A stretch of 33,508 nucleotides of DNA from Candidatus Omnitrophota bacterium. Lineage in GTDB: Bacteria; Omnitrophota; Gorgyraeia; Gygaellales; Profunditerraquicolaceae. The stretch covers positions 1 through 33,508 of the forward strand of contig JAKQSG010000009.1 in the NCBI GenBank assembly GCA_029563245.1, in the 5' to 3' direction. The position numbers and the translations under genes were made by a program. Positions 1 through 8,747 of the stretch are shown here, in pieces (within the stretch, counting starts at the first letter, position 1; every line of letters begins with the position of its first letter). The notes beneath the pieces were generated by a model. The model made no database searches. It was not told where the DNA came from and was given only the letters and a program-made list of their open reading frames with translations.

Positions 1-1
1 G

Positions 2-808
2 AATAAGGATTTTAGCATTGAAAAGTTACATAAGGTATTATGCCCAAGGCCCGGGCATGCGGATCTTGCGGGCCTCTTGAAGTATGGCTTTAATGATATC
101 CGTGAAGTTTTAGAGCGTGCCTCAGCCAGGGGTACGGTTGCTACCGTAGGTATAGGTGCTTTATGCAAGATTTTTCTAAGAGAGTTCAATATTGCCATAT
201 CCAGCAGGGTTTTATCTGTTGCCGGAGATAATTCTCCTGTAGGCATGAAGGCGGCAATAAGCGAGGCTATAAAGTTTAAGGATACTGTCGGGGGGATATT
301 CGAGGTCAGGGCCTGCGGGGTTCCCGTAGGATTAGGCAGTTATGTCCAGCCTGACAAAAGACTTGATGGCCGCCTGGCTCAGGCAATAATCTCTATCCCG
401 GGTATTAAGGCTTTAGAATTCGGTTTAGGTTTTGGTTATGCTGTAAGCTTTGGGTCAGAAGTGCATGACCCGATATATAAGAATAAGGGGCGGGGTTTTT
501 TCCGCAAGAGCAATAATTCAGGCGGTATTGAAGGCGGCATATCAAACGGTGAAGATATAATCTTGCGTGCCTGCATGAAGCCGATCTGCACATTGATGAA
601 CCCGCTCGATTCAGTTAATATCAAAACTAAAAAGGCATCCAAAGCAGCTGTTGAGCGTACAGATACCTGCGTGGTAAGTGCTGCCGGAGTTGTGGCAGAA
701 TCTGCCTGCGCCTATGTCCTGGCAGAACTTTTCTTGGAAAAATTTGGTTCGGATTCCCTAACGGATATAAAAAGTAATTATAGGAATTACTTGAAAAGAA
801 TTAGTTAG
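2..808 (+). CDS. aroC: Chorismate synthase, 5'-truncated by the window edge
   Basis: Frame is open from base 2 (NKDFSIEKLHKVLCPRPGHADLAG, containing the RPGHAD signature). Also ERASAR, NNSGGIEGGISNG, MKPI and ERTD motifs. The track's TTG start at 77 is internal. Confidence 0.95.
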   Translation, partial: NKDFSIEKLHKVLCPRPGHADLAGLLKYGFNDIREVLERASARGTVATVGIGALCKIFLREFNIAISSRVLSVAGDNSPVGMKAAISEAIKFKDTVGGIFEVRACGVPVGLGSYVQPDKRLDGRLAQAIISIPGIKALEFGLGFGYAVSFGSEVHDPIYKNKGRGFFRKSNNSGGIEGGISNGEDIILRACMKPICTLMNPLDSVNIKTKKASKAAVERTDTCVVSAAGVVAESACAYVLAELFLEKFGSDSLTDIKSNYRNYLKRIS

Positions 809-811
809 ATT

Positions 812-855
812 TTGCTGCCTCCTTCGTCTATTGGTGTAGAAGGAGGTGATAGCAA
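812..855 (+). promoter_or_regulatory. Hairpin sequestering the spoVG Shine-Dalgarno sequence and the first base of the start codon
   Basis: GCCTCCTTC (817-825) pairs with GAAGGAGGT (839-847), and TTGCT (812-816) pairs with AGCAA (851-855). The SD AGGAGG is at 841-846 and the ATG at 855. Confidence 0.55.
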
Positions 856-1112
856 TGTCTGAGGGGTTAGGTTTAAAGGTAGTCAGGCTTTACAGGCTAG
901 AGGGAGGCTCAAAGACTAAGGCCTTTTTGGATATAGCCTTAGGAGATTTTATCGTTAAGGGGCTGAAGATTATCCAGGGGCAAAAGGGCCTATTCCTTAG
1001 TATGCCTCAGGATAAAGCTAAAGATGGTAAGTGGTACAATGCCTTTTATCCTGTAACTAAAGAGGCGCGTCAAGCCTTGACGGATATAGTCTTGGCTGCC
1101 TACCAAGAGTAA
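855..1112 (+). CDS. spoVG: SpoVG family nucleic-acid-binding protein
   Basis: 85 aa with KAFLDI...FIVKGLKII.GQKGLFLSMP..K..DGKWY..FYP.TKEAR..L...VL.AY. Strong SD AGGAGGT upstream of ATG 855. Confidence 0.9.
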   Translation: MSEGLGLKVVRLYRLEGGSKTKAFLDIALGDFIVKGLKIIQGQKGLFLSMPQDKAKDGKWYNAFYPVTKEARQALTDIVLAAYQE

Positions 1113-1122
1113 AATACGTTAT

Positions 1123-1163
1123 GGTATAGGCAAGGGCCTTAGTCTTTGCCTATACTTTAATTT
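1123..1163 (+). terminator. Probable intrinsic terminator or stabilising hairpin after spoVG
   Basis: GTATAGGCAA (1124-1133) and TTGCCTATAC (1146-1155) form a perfect 10 bp stem extendable by GU/GC pairs, followed by TTTAATTT. Confidence 0.65.
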
Positions 1164-1183
1164 AATAAGAGGATATTACAGCA

Positions 1184-1690
1184 ATGAGCAATATTTATTT
1201 GGTCGGTTTTATGGGGACCGGAAAGAGTGCGGTAGGCCGCGAATTGGCTAAGAAAAAGAAATGGCGTTTTGTGGATTTAGATGAATTAATTGAGTTAAGG
1301 GAAGGTAGATGCATAGCCGATATTTTCAGCAAGAAAGGGGAGCCGTACTTCAGGCGCCTCGAGAAAAAGATATTGGCAGAGGTGGCTGGCGAGGATAAAT
1401 TTATAGTCTCTTGCGGAGGCGGGGTTGTTACCAGCGAAGATAATATAAAGATGATGAAGAAGACCGGCCTCATTGTTTGCCTTAAGGCTACGCCTGGCGT
1501 TATCCTCAGGAGAACAAAACAGCTGGCAGGGTGCCGGCCGTTGCTTAATGTCAATAATCCCAAGGAAAGAATAGAGTTTTTACTTAAATTACGGGCTCCT
1601 TATTATGCCAAAGCGCATAAATCAATAAATACATCCAGGCTTTCTGTTAGCCAGGTTGCGGCAGGAATTATAAAATTGCTTAAAAGATGA
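1184..1690 (+). CDS. aroK: Shikimate kinase
   Basis: Walker A GFMGTGKS, DLD, GE.YFR, GGG and RPLL motifs; near aroC. Confidence 0.95.
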   Translation: MSNIYLVGFMGTGKSAVGRELAKKKKWRFVDLDELIELREGRCIADIFSKKGEPYFRRLEKKILAEVAGEDKFIVSCGGGVVTSEDNIKMMKKTGLIVCLKATPGVILRRTKQLAGCRPLLNVNNPKERIEFLLKLRAPYYAKAHKSINTSRLSVSQVAAGIIKLLKR

Positions 1691-2775
1691 ACAAGCTTGA
1701 AGCTTTGGTCGCCTTGAATAAGGTCGGCGGGATAGGTAGCGTTAAACTTAATAAGCTGATTGAGTATTTTCGTAGCCCCGAAGGTATCCTGCGCGCCCCT
1801 TATGAAAGGCTTTCGTCGGTTCTTGGCATAAAAGATCGAACCGCCGAGAGGATTGTTGCTTTAGGGAAAGAGGGCGTGAAAGAAGAACTGCTCTTTGCCG
1901 AGAAAATGGGGCTTAAGATATTAACGATTGAGGATAAAGGTTTTCCCCTCAATCTTAAAAGTATACCTTCCTGCCCTCTGGTGCTTTATGTAAAAGGTGA
2001 ATTAAGGCCTGAGGATAATTTTTCTATCGGTATTGTAGGATCACGCAGGGCTTCCTTTTACGGATTAAGCCAGGCTCAGGAATTTGCCTTTGGTTTAGCC
2101 GGTCAGGGATTTACGGTTGTTTCGGGCATGGCCCGCGGGATAGATACCTATAGCCATAAGGGGGCGTTAAAAGCAGGTAAGCGCACTATTGCTGTAATCG
2201 GAAGCGGTTTTAATCATTTATATCCCGAAGAGAATAGAGGTTTAGCTCAGGAGATATCTGAAAATGGGGCGGTAATCTCCGAGTTCCCTCTGGATGCCAA
2301 GCCTCTGCCTCAGAATTTTCCCAGGCGTAACCGCTTAATAAGCGGGATGAGCCTGGGGGTTTTGGTGGTCGAGGCAGCTAAGAACAGCGGGGCTCTTATT
2401 ACTGCTGATTTTGCACTGGAACAGGGCAGGGAAGTTTTTGCCATACCGGGTAAAATTGATACGGCAAACTCTTTTGGTACAAACGAGCTGATAAAGCAGG
2501 GGGCTAAGTTAGTTACTAATCTTAATGACGTATTGGAGGAATTTAATCTACCATCTTTATCCTTAGATAAGAAGCCGGCTGAAGTTAAGCTTATTCCTAA
2601 GGCAGTAGAAGAGGATAAGGTGTATGGCTTAATATCTAATCAGGCTCTCCAATTGGACGACCTTGTTGAACTTACGGGGATGGATATCCCAAGTATCTCC
2701 GGTATACTTTTTAGGCTTATGGTAAGAAAGCTGATTAGGGAACTTCCGGGCAAACATTATACGAGGTATTCTTAA
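1687..2775 (+). CDS. dprA: DNA-processing protein DprA/Smf
   Basis: IVGSR, VSGMARGID, NFPRRNRLISG and VVEA..SGALITA motifs, C-terminal winged helix; ATGA overlap with aroK. Confidence 0.95.
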   Translation: MNKLEALVALNKVGGIGSVKLNKLIEYFRSPEGILRAPYERLSSVLGIKDRTAERIVALGKEGVKEELLFAEKMGLKILTIEDKGFPLNLKSIPSCPLVLYVKGELRPEDNFSIGIVGSRRASFYGLSQAQEFAFGLAGQGFTVVSGMARGIDTYSHKGALKAGKRTIAVIGSGFNHLYPEENRGLAQEISENGAVISEFPLDAKPLPQNFPRRNRLISGMSLGVLVVEAAKNSGALITADFALEQGREVFAIPGKIDTANSFGTNELIKQGAKLVTNLNDVLEEFNLPSLSLDKKPAEVKLIPKAVEEDKVYGLISNQALQLDDLVELTGMDIPSISGILFRLMVRKLIRELPGKHYTRYS

Positions 2776-4754
2776 TGAAGAAAAAGAATTTAGTGGTCGT
2801 AGAGTCTCCGACAAAAGCAAAGACTATCGCAAAGATACTGGGGGATGGTTTTGTTATAGTATCTTCAATGGGGCATATTATTGATCTGCCTTTAAAGAAG
2901 CTGGGCGTAGATGTTGAAAATGGGTTCGAGGCTGAGTACGTAACTATACCTGGCAGACAGAAGGTTTTAGCGGCGCTTAAGAAGGGGGCCAAGGGGAAAG
3001 AAGCTATTTATATTGCTACCGACCCTGACCGTGAGGGCGAGGCTATCGGCTGGCAGTTAAAGCAAAGGGTTTTTAAGAAGGGCGATAATGTCTTAAGGGT
3101 TACTTTTCATGAAATAACCCCGGCGGCGGTTAAAGAGGCATTTACCCATCCGCGCGAATTTGACATTAATATGGTTGAGGCCCAGGTGGGAAGGCGGGTC
3201 CTGGATAGGGTGGTAGGTTATTTCTTAAGTCCCTTGCTTTGGAAAAAGATCGCCCGGGGCTTAAGCGCAGGAAGAGTGCAGTCGGTAGCCTTAAGGTTAA
3301 TTATTGAAAGGGAGAGGCAGATTCAGAAGTTTATCTCTAAAGAATACTGGGAAGTTGAGGCAGAGCTTTCAAGGGACGAAAGTAAATTTTTGGCTAAGCT
3401 TGATAAAAAAGATAAGGCAAAGATTGAAATAAAAAATAATATAGAAGCAGAGAATATCTGTAATGATTTAAAGGATAGGGAATTCAGGGTATCTGAAGTT
3501 AAGGGGTCTGAGAAAAAACGTTACCCCAGCCCTCCCTTTATCACCAGTACTATGCAGCAGGAGGCCTTTAATAAATTAAGATTTAACGCCAATAAGACTA
3601 TGTCTGTGGCGCAGGGGCTCTATGAGGGTATTGATATAGGGCAGGATAATCCGGTAGGTTTAATTACCTATATGCGTACTGATTCTCCGCGCGTGGCTCC
3701 TGAGGCAATTTCCGAGGTGCGTGATTATATAGCTATGAATTTTGGAAAGGAGCATCTTCCGGAGAAGCCGAATTACTATAAGGTAAAGAAATTAGCGCAG
3801 GAAGCGCATGAGGCAATCAGGCCTACTTTTGTATCGCGCCATCCCGAAAGCCTGAAAAATTTCTTAACTCCTGATCAGGTTAAATTATATACGCTTATTT
3901 ATAATCGTTTTGTAGCTAGTCAGATGAAGCCGGCAATTTATAAAGTTACGGCTGTAAGCATAGAGGCAGGTGAATATCAATTAAGCGCCTCTGGAAGTAT
4001 CCTTGATTTTGCGGGATTTACAGCTGCCTATAACGATAATGTTGAGGATGATGAGAATGGTAGGGATAAACCCGTTAAAAATACAGTCCCTTTTTTATCC
4101 AAGGGTGATATCTTAGAATTGTTAAAGGTTTTGCCTTCGCAGCACTTTACCAAGCCTCCGGGAAGATATTCTGATAGTTCTTTAATAAAGGCGCTGGAAG
4201 AAGACGGTATCGGCAGGCCTTCTACTTATGCCCCGATAATTTATACTTTGATAATGCGCGATTATGTACGCAGGGTTAAGGGTTATTTTAACCCTACAGA
4301 ATTAGGTTTTAAAGTCTGCGATTTATTGGTTGAGTATTTTCCAAAGATTGTGGATGTCGGGTTTACCGCGCTTATGGAGGAGGAGCTGGATGAAGTTGAG
4401 GAGGGCCGGCTTGATAAGCTTAAGGTCTTACAAGATTTTTATTCGCCATTCAAAGTCAGCCTTGACTTTGCGCAGGCAAATGTAAAAAAAGAAATTATTA
4501 CTACGGATAAGGTTTGCCAGCTTTGCGGAAAACCGATGATTGTTAAATGGGGCAGAAGGGGCAAATTCTTAAGTTGTTCGGGTTTTCCGGAGTGCAAAAG
4601 CTCCCAGTCAATTACTTCCGGAGTGAAATGCCCGGAGGCCGGCTGCGGCGGAGAGTTGATTGAGCGTCGTTCAAAGCGGGGATTCTTCTACGGATGTTCA
4701 AATTTTCCCAAATGCAGGTTTGTTTCCCGTACGTTACCGGAGGATAAAGAATAA
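2775..4754 (+). CDS. topA: Type IA DNA topoisomerase I
   Basis: VVESPTKAKTI, ATDPDREGE, SAGRVQS, catalytic LITYMRTDS, AHEAIRPT, GIGRPSTY, and two C-terminal Cys4 zinc ribbons. Confidence 0.97.
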   Translation: MKKKNLVVVESPTKAKTIAKILGDGFVIVSSMGHIIDLPLKKLGVDVENGFEAEYVTIPGRQKVLAALKKGAKGKEAIYIATDPDREGEAIGWQLKQRVFKKGDNVLRVTFHEITPAAVKEAFTHPREFDINMVEAQVGRRVLDRVVGYFLSPLLWKKIARGLSAGRVQSVALRLIIERERQIQKFISKEYWEVEAELSRDESKFLAKLDKKDKAKIEIKNNIEAENICNDLKDREFRVSEVKGSEKKRYPSPPFITSTMQQEAFNKLRFNANKTMSVAQGLYEGIDIGQDNPVGLITYMRTDSPRVAPEAISEVRDYIAMNFGKEHLPEKPNYYKVKKLAQEAHEAIRPTFVSRHPESLKNFLTPDQVKLYTLIYNRFVASQMKPAIYKVTAVSIEAGEYQLSASGSILDFAGFTAAYNDNVEDDENGRDKPVKNTVPFLSKGDILELLKVLPSQHFTKPPGRYSDSSLIKALEEDGIGRPSTYAPIIYTLIMRDYVRRVKGYFNPTELGFKVCDLLVEYFPKIVDVGFTALMEEELDEVEEGRLDKLKVLQDFYSPFKVSLDFAQANVKKEIITTDKVCQLCGKPMIVKWGRRGKFLSCSGFPECKSSQSITSGVKCPEAGCGGELIERRSKRGFFYGCSNFPKCRFVSRTLPEDKE

Positions 4755-4772
4755 GTCAGGTTATAACTGTTT

Positions 4773-5642
4773 ATGGATAAATATATCGAGAAATTCATCC
4801 GCTATCTGGAGATCGAAAAGAATTATTCTCCCCATACTATTTTAAATTATAAATTAGACCTGGATGATTTTAAGAAATTCTGCGGAGGGGTTGAGCTAGA
4901 GAAGATAGATTACCTGTATTTAAGAAAGTACCTGGCAGTTTTAAAAGAAAAAAACTTAGGTAACAGGAGCGTAGGAAGGCATCTCTCTGCGCTGCGTAGC
5001 TTTTTCAGGTTCTTAACCCGCGAAAATTACCTAAAAACCAATCCTATCCTTATGCTTTCAAGCCCTAAGCTGGATAAGCACCTGCCGCTTTTTATGACCG
5101 AGGCTGAGGTAGCGCAGCTTATAGAGTCAGCGTTCGCTAAAGACGATAAAGATGAAAGGACGCTGCGTGACCGGGCCATTCTGGAAACTTTCTATTCGAG
5201 CGGATTACGTATCTCCGAGCTGGTAGCCATGGATTCAAGCAATGTGGATTTTATAAGCGGCATAATCAAGGTTATGGGAAAAGGAAAGAAGGAGAGAATT
5301 GTCCCTTTGGGCGATATTGCCACAAGGGCCTTAAGGAGATATCTTGAGGGAAGGAAGAAAAAAAGCGATATTATTTTCTTGAATAAAAACGGCAAGCGGA
5401 TTACTACCCGCGGGGTCAGGGATATCGTCTGTAAGTATTTAAAGATAGCCGGAATGAACCGGGGGATTTCTCCCCATACCCTAAGGCATTCTTTTGCTAC
5501 CCATCTGTTAAACCGGGGAGCAGATTTACGAACGGTGCAGGAATTGTTGGGTCATGCTAACCTATCTACTACGCAGATTTATACGCATCTAACTACGGAT
5601 AAATTAAAAAGTGTTTATAATAAAGCGCATCCGCATGCTTAA
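4773..5642 (+). CDS. xerC: Chromosomal tyrosine recombinase XerC (XerC/D family)
   Basis: Catalytic residues present: GLRISE, GKGKKER, HTLRHSFATHLL, LLGH and TQIYT. dprA-topA-xerC synteny. Confidence 0.85.
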   Translation: MDKYIEKFIRYLEIEKNYSPHTILNYKLDLDDFKKFCGGVELEKIDYLYLRKYLAVLKEKNLGNRSVGRHLSALRSFFRFLTRENYLKTNPILMLSSPKLDKHLPLFMTEAEVAQLIESAFAKDDKDERTLRDRAILETFYSSGLRISELVAMDSSNVDFISGIIKVMGKGKKERIVPLGDIATRALRRYLEGRKKKSDIIFLNKNGKRITTRGVRDIVCKYLKIAGMNRGISPHTLRHSFATHLLNRGADLRTVQELLGHANLSTTQIYTHLTTDKLKSVYNKAHPHA

Positions 5643-5668
5643 GGATAGTCCGAGTTTGTATATCTAAA

Positions 5669-6925
5669 ATGAAAATATTATATGATTTTGTATTTTTAAT
5701 TTTTATCTTAATAAGCTTACCGGTTTATTTATTAAAGGGCAAATTCCACCGCGGTTTCTCAAGGAGACTAGGGTTTCTGCCTAATGATCTTCCCTCTGAC
5801 CGCCCCATCTGGATTCATGCAGTAAGCGTAGGTGAGGTTGTATTAATGCGGGGTTTAATTTCACGATTGCGCTCCTCTTATCCTTCCAAAAGTTTTGTAA
5901 TTTCTACTGTTACCCCTACGGGGAATAAAATTGCCCGTTCCCTGGCAGAAAACTCAGATTTTATTACCTATCTTCCTTTTGATTTAAGTTTTATTACAGA
6001 CAGGGTGATGAGAAAGGTCAGGCCCTGCATATTTATTATTGCTGAGACTGAAATCTGGCCTAATCTTATAAGCTCTCTTTACAGCATCAAGGTCCCTATT
6101 GCCGTGCTTAATGCACGTATATCAGATAAATCTTTCAAAGGGTATTCCGCTATAAAATATTTAATTAAACCGGTTTTAAATAAAATTCATGTCTTTTGTG
6201 CCCAGTCTAAAAACGACAGGGATAGGTTGATTTCTTTAGGGGTTGATCCTGAAAGAATAGAAGTTACCGCAAGCATGAAGTTTGATCAGGCCCGGAAATT
6301 ATCAGAGGGGGTAAATAGTTCTAAGGACAAATTATCGCTGAAGGAGGGAGAGGTTCTTTTAGTAGCAGGTTCAACCCACCCGGGTGAAGAGAGAATTTTA
6401 TTAAACATCTATCGTAAACTTCTGGGGGCTTTCCCTTATCTTCGTCTTCTGCTTGCCCCGCGTCATCCGGATAGGGCGGATAAAATCGCAGCCCTGGTAA
6501 GGCATTTTGGATTTAAACCCTCTCGGATAAGTTTATTCCAGCCTAAAGAGGCTTTGAAGGATACGGTTTTCATTTTGGATACGGTAGGAGAGTTAATTTC
6601 ATTTTATGCGGCCGCAGATATAGTTTTTGTAGGGGGAAGCTTGGTGAAAAAAGGAGGGCAGAATATTCTGGAGCCTGCTTCTTTGGGAAAGCCGGTAATC
6701 TTTGGCCCGCATATGTTTAATTTTCGCGATATTGCCGCGGAGTTTTTAGGGAGCAAGGCGGCGTTGCAGGCCTTAACCCCAAAAGACCTGCTATTGATAA
6801 TAAAGGATCTTTTAGAGAATAAGGGCAGAACAATTGAACTTGCCAGGAATTCAAAAGAGGTAATATTGAAGAATCAAGGCGCTACCGAGAAAAGCCTTGG
6901 TTTAGTAAGAAAACTCATTGTTTAG
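5669..6925 (+). CDS. waaA: 3-deoxy-D-manno-octulosonic acid (Kdo) transferase
   Basis: IWIHAVSVGE, ETEIWPN, NARIS, AGSTHPGEE, APRHP, FVGGSL..GGQNILEP motifs. Confidence 0.95.
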   Translation: MKILYDFVFLIFILISLPVYLLKGKFHRGFSRRLGFLPNDLPSDRPIWIHAVSVGEVVLMRGLISRLRSSYPSKSFVISTVTPTGNKIARSLAENSDFITYLPFDLSFITDRVMRKVRPCIFIIAETEIWPNLISSLYSIKVPIAVLNARISDKSFKGYSAIKYLIKPVLNKIHVFCAQSKNDRDRLISLGVDPERIEVTASMKFDQARKLSEGVNSSKDKLSLKEGEVLLVAGSTHPGEERILLNIYRKLLGAFPYLRLLLAPRHPDRADKIAALVRHFGFKPSRISLFQPKEALKDTVFILDTVGELISFYAAADIVFVGGSLVKKGGQNILEPASLGKPVIFGPHMFNFRDIAAEFLGSKAALQALTPKDLLLIIKDLLENKGRTIELARNSKEVILKNQGATEKSLGLVRKLIV

Positions 6926-6956
6926 AATCGGCGATCATGTTACTATTTATCAAATT

Positions 6957-7676
6957 ATGGATATAAGGGCACGGCAGAAAGATAGTGTGGTTATCTTGGA
7001 TTTATCCGGTAGGATTGACGTAAATTCCGCCAATCTGGTTGAGGCTATCGGCCAGTGCCTGCGGGATGGCTATTGCGATATTTTATGCAATCTTGAAGAA
7101 GTGGAGTTTATTGACTATATGGGTATCTCGGTTGTGGTAATTGCCTATAAGGAGGTTATTAATTCCCAGGGGAGGATTAAGTTTGCCAATGTACCGGCGC
7201 ATATCCGTAACATTTTCTGTATTGCAGGTCTGGAAAAGGTTGTAGAGGTATACCCCGATGAAGAATCCGCGCTAAAAAGTTTCAGCGAGGATAGAATTAT
7301 CGAGGATATAAAAAAGCTGCAGCTTAGGCGCAGGTTTAAGCGTCTGCCTATAGATATTAAGATAGAGCTTAAAGCTAAGGGCCAGAGGAGCCCTCAATGC
7401 CTGCATCTGGACCTGATTAATTTAAGCGCAGTAGGCGCTTTTATATTTGGTTGCGACCAATTTAAGCTGGGGGATGAGGTAATCTTGAGGATGAAATTAC
7501 CCCCGCATCAAAAAGAGATAGAATTGGATGCTAGGGTTGTCTGGATTCCCGATAAGCAAATTCAGCCACACGCTTATCCCGGCATGGGGTTAGAATTCAC
7601 CAATACTCCTACGGATATCCAGCAGAGGCTGGTGGAGTTTATTGAAAGGAACCTTTCTTTTATGTCATCGGATTAA
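6957..7676 (+). CDS. STAS (anti-anti-sigma-like) plus PilZ domain fusion protein
   Basis: N-terminal VVILDLSGRID...V.FIDYMG.....KFANV..HIRNIF..AGL..V..VY STAS pattern. C-terminal PilZ with RRRFKR and NLSAVG, plus ARVVW and GMGLEF. ATG 6957 preferred over TTG 6918. Confidence 0.85.
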   Translation: MDIRARQKDSVVILDLSGRIDVNSANLVEAIGQCLRDGYCDILCNLEEVEFIDYMGISVVVIAYKEVINSQGRIKFANVPAHIRNIFCIAGLEKVVEVYPDEESALKSFSEDRIIEDIKKLQLRRRFKRLPIDIKIELKAKGQRSPQCLHLDLINLSAVGAFIFGCDQFKLGDEVILRMKLPPHQKEIELDARVVWIPDKQIQPHAYPGMGLEFTNTPTDIQQRLVEFIERNLSFMSSD

Positions 7677-7678
7677 TT

Positions 7679-8353
7679 ATGAAAATGCACAGACTGAAAG
7701 TCAAGCCTAGGGCGGTTATTTTTGACATGGATGGAGTTATTATCGACTCCATGCCTTATCATTTCCTGGCTTGGTATGAAGCCTTAAGGCCATATGGAGT
7801 GCGGGTGAGCTGTTTTGATGTGTATTCTAAGGAAGGGGAGAAATGGGAGAAAACCTTAAAAGATTTATTAGGTAGGGCTAAAATAAAATATTCGGCAAGG
7901 ATGTTGAGGGAAATCTTCCTAAAGCGGCAAGTTATATTCAAAAAAAACTTTAAACGTTTTATCTTCCAGGGAGTAGAAGATTTTCTGATCTGCCTAAAGG
8001 GGCAGGGGTATATCCTGGGCTTGGTTACGGGTAGCCCTATAGATGAGGTTGAGAAGATACTCCCGGCCAAGGTCCGGTTATTATTTGATTCTATAGTTGC
8101 TGGTAACCAGGTTAAAAGAGGCAAGCCTCATCCTGAACCGTATCTTAAGTGCGCTCAATCAATGGGCTTAAAGCCCAGGCAGTGCCTGGTTGTTGAGAAT
8201 GCCCCTTTTGGTATAGCATCGGCTAAAAAAGCAGGTATGTTTTGTGTTGCTTTGACTACCAGCCTTCCCAAGGAATACCTTAGCAAAGCGGATATTGTAG
8301 CCGATAAGTTAAGCGATATTTTTGGATTCGTTGAAAGCTCCTGCGGGGTTTAA
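7679..8353 (+). CDS. HAD-superfamily hydrolase (beta-phosphoglucomutase-like, subfamily IA)
   Basis: Motif I FDMDGVIIDS, motif II VTGS, motif III KPHPEPY, motif IV VENAPFGI. Confidence 0.88.
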   Translation: MKMHRLKVKPRAVIFDMDGVIIDSMPYHFLAWYEALRPYGVRVSCFDVYSKEGEKWEKTLKDLLGRAKIKYSARMLREIFLKRQVIFKKNFKRFIFQGVEDFLICLKGQGYILGLVTGSPIDEVEKILPAKVRLLFDSIVAGNQVKRGKPHPEPYLKCAQSMGLKPRQCLVVENAPFGIASAKKAGMFCVALTTSLPKEYLSKADIVADKLSDIFGFVESSCGV

Positions 8354-8414
8354 TTTCCAAAGAAAATTTATACATCTCCTTGTCTTTTATAGGCTTCTCT
8401 CTCTGACAAAAACA

Positions 8415-8446
8415 TTGTTTATTACATAAGGCTGTGTTATTATAAT
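8415..8446 (+). promoter_or_regulatory. Putative sigma70-type promoter for the UPF0016-lpxK-glycosyltransferase block
   Basis: TTGTTT (8415-8420), 17 nt spacer, TG-n-TATTAT (8438-8443), overlapped by TATAAT (8441-8446), in an AT-rich intergenic gap. SD AGGAGG at 8458-8463. Confidence 0.45.
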
Positions 8447-8467
8447 AAAATAATCTTAGGAGGAGAA

Positions 8468-8740
8468 ATGGACTGGAGAGTATTTTTAGGGACCTTCGGA
8501 GCTGTTTTTTTTGCGGAATTAGCTGATAAAACGCAGATGGTGGGGATTACTATGGCTGCTAAGACAGGCAAGCCACTTTTGGTCTGGCTTGGTTCGGTTT
8601 GTGCGTATATTATCGTTACGATTATATCGGTTATAATCGGAGCAGCTATGGCTAAGTTTATTAATCCTCAGGCAATACGTTATTTTAGTGCGGGTACTTT
8701 TATTCTCTTGGGAATACTTATGCTGATGAGGGTTGTTTAA
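8468..8740 (+). CDS. Single-repeat UPF0016 / TMEM165-GDT1 family putative Mn2+/Ca2+ transporter
   Basis: 90 aa, three hydrophobic helices, FFAELADKTQ variant of the E-x-G-D-K-T motif, strong SD. Confidence 0.85.
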   Translation: MDWRVFLGTFGAVFFAELADKTQMVGITMAAKTGKPLLVWLGSVCAYIIVTIISVIIGAAMAKFINPQAIRYFSAGTFILLGILMLMRVV

Positions 8741-8747
8741 TATTGAT

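Noticed and set aside
4660-4845. 61 aa + strand ORF across the topA/xerC junction
   Set aside because: Out of frame with and overlapping two conserved genes; no motif.
4773-5642. Tyrosine recombinase as a phage or island integrase
   Set aside because: XerC-like size, dprA-topA synteny, and no att repeats, tRNA or cargo genes.
8354-8467. Possible yybP-ykoY Mn riboswitch upstream of the UPF0016 gene
   Set aside because: AT-rich with no recognisable aptamer; the putative -10 leaves only ~20 nt of leader.
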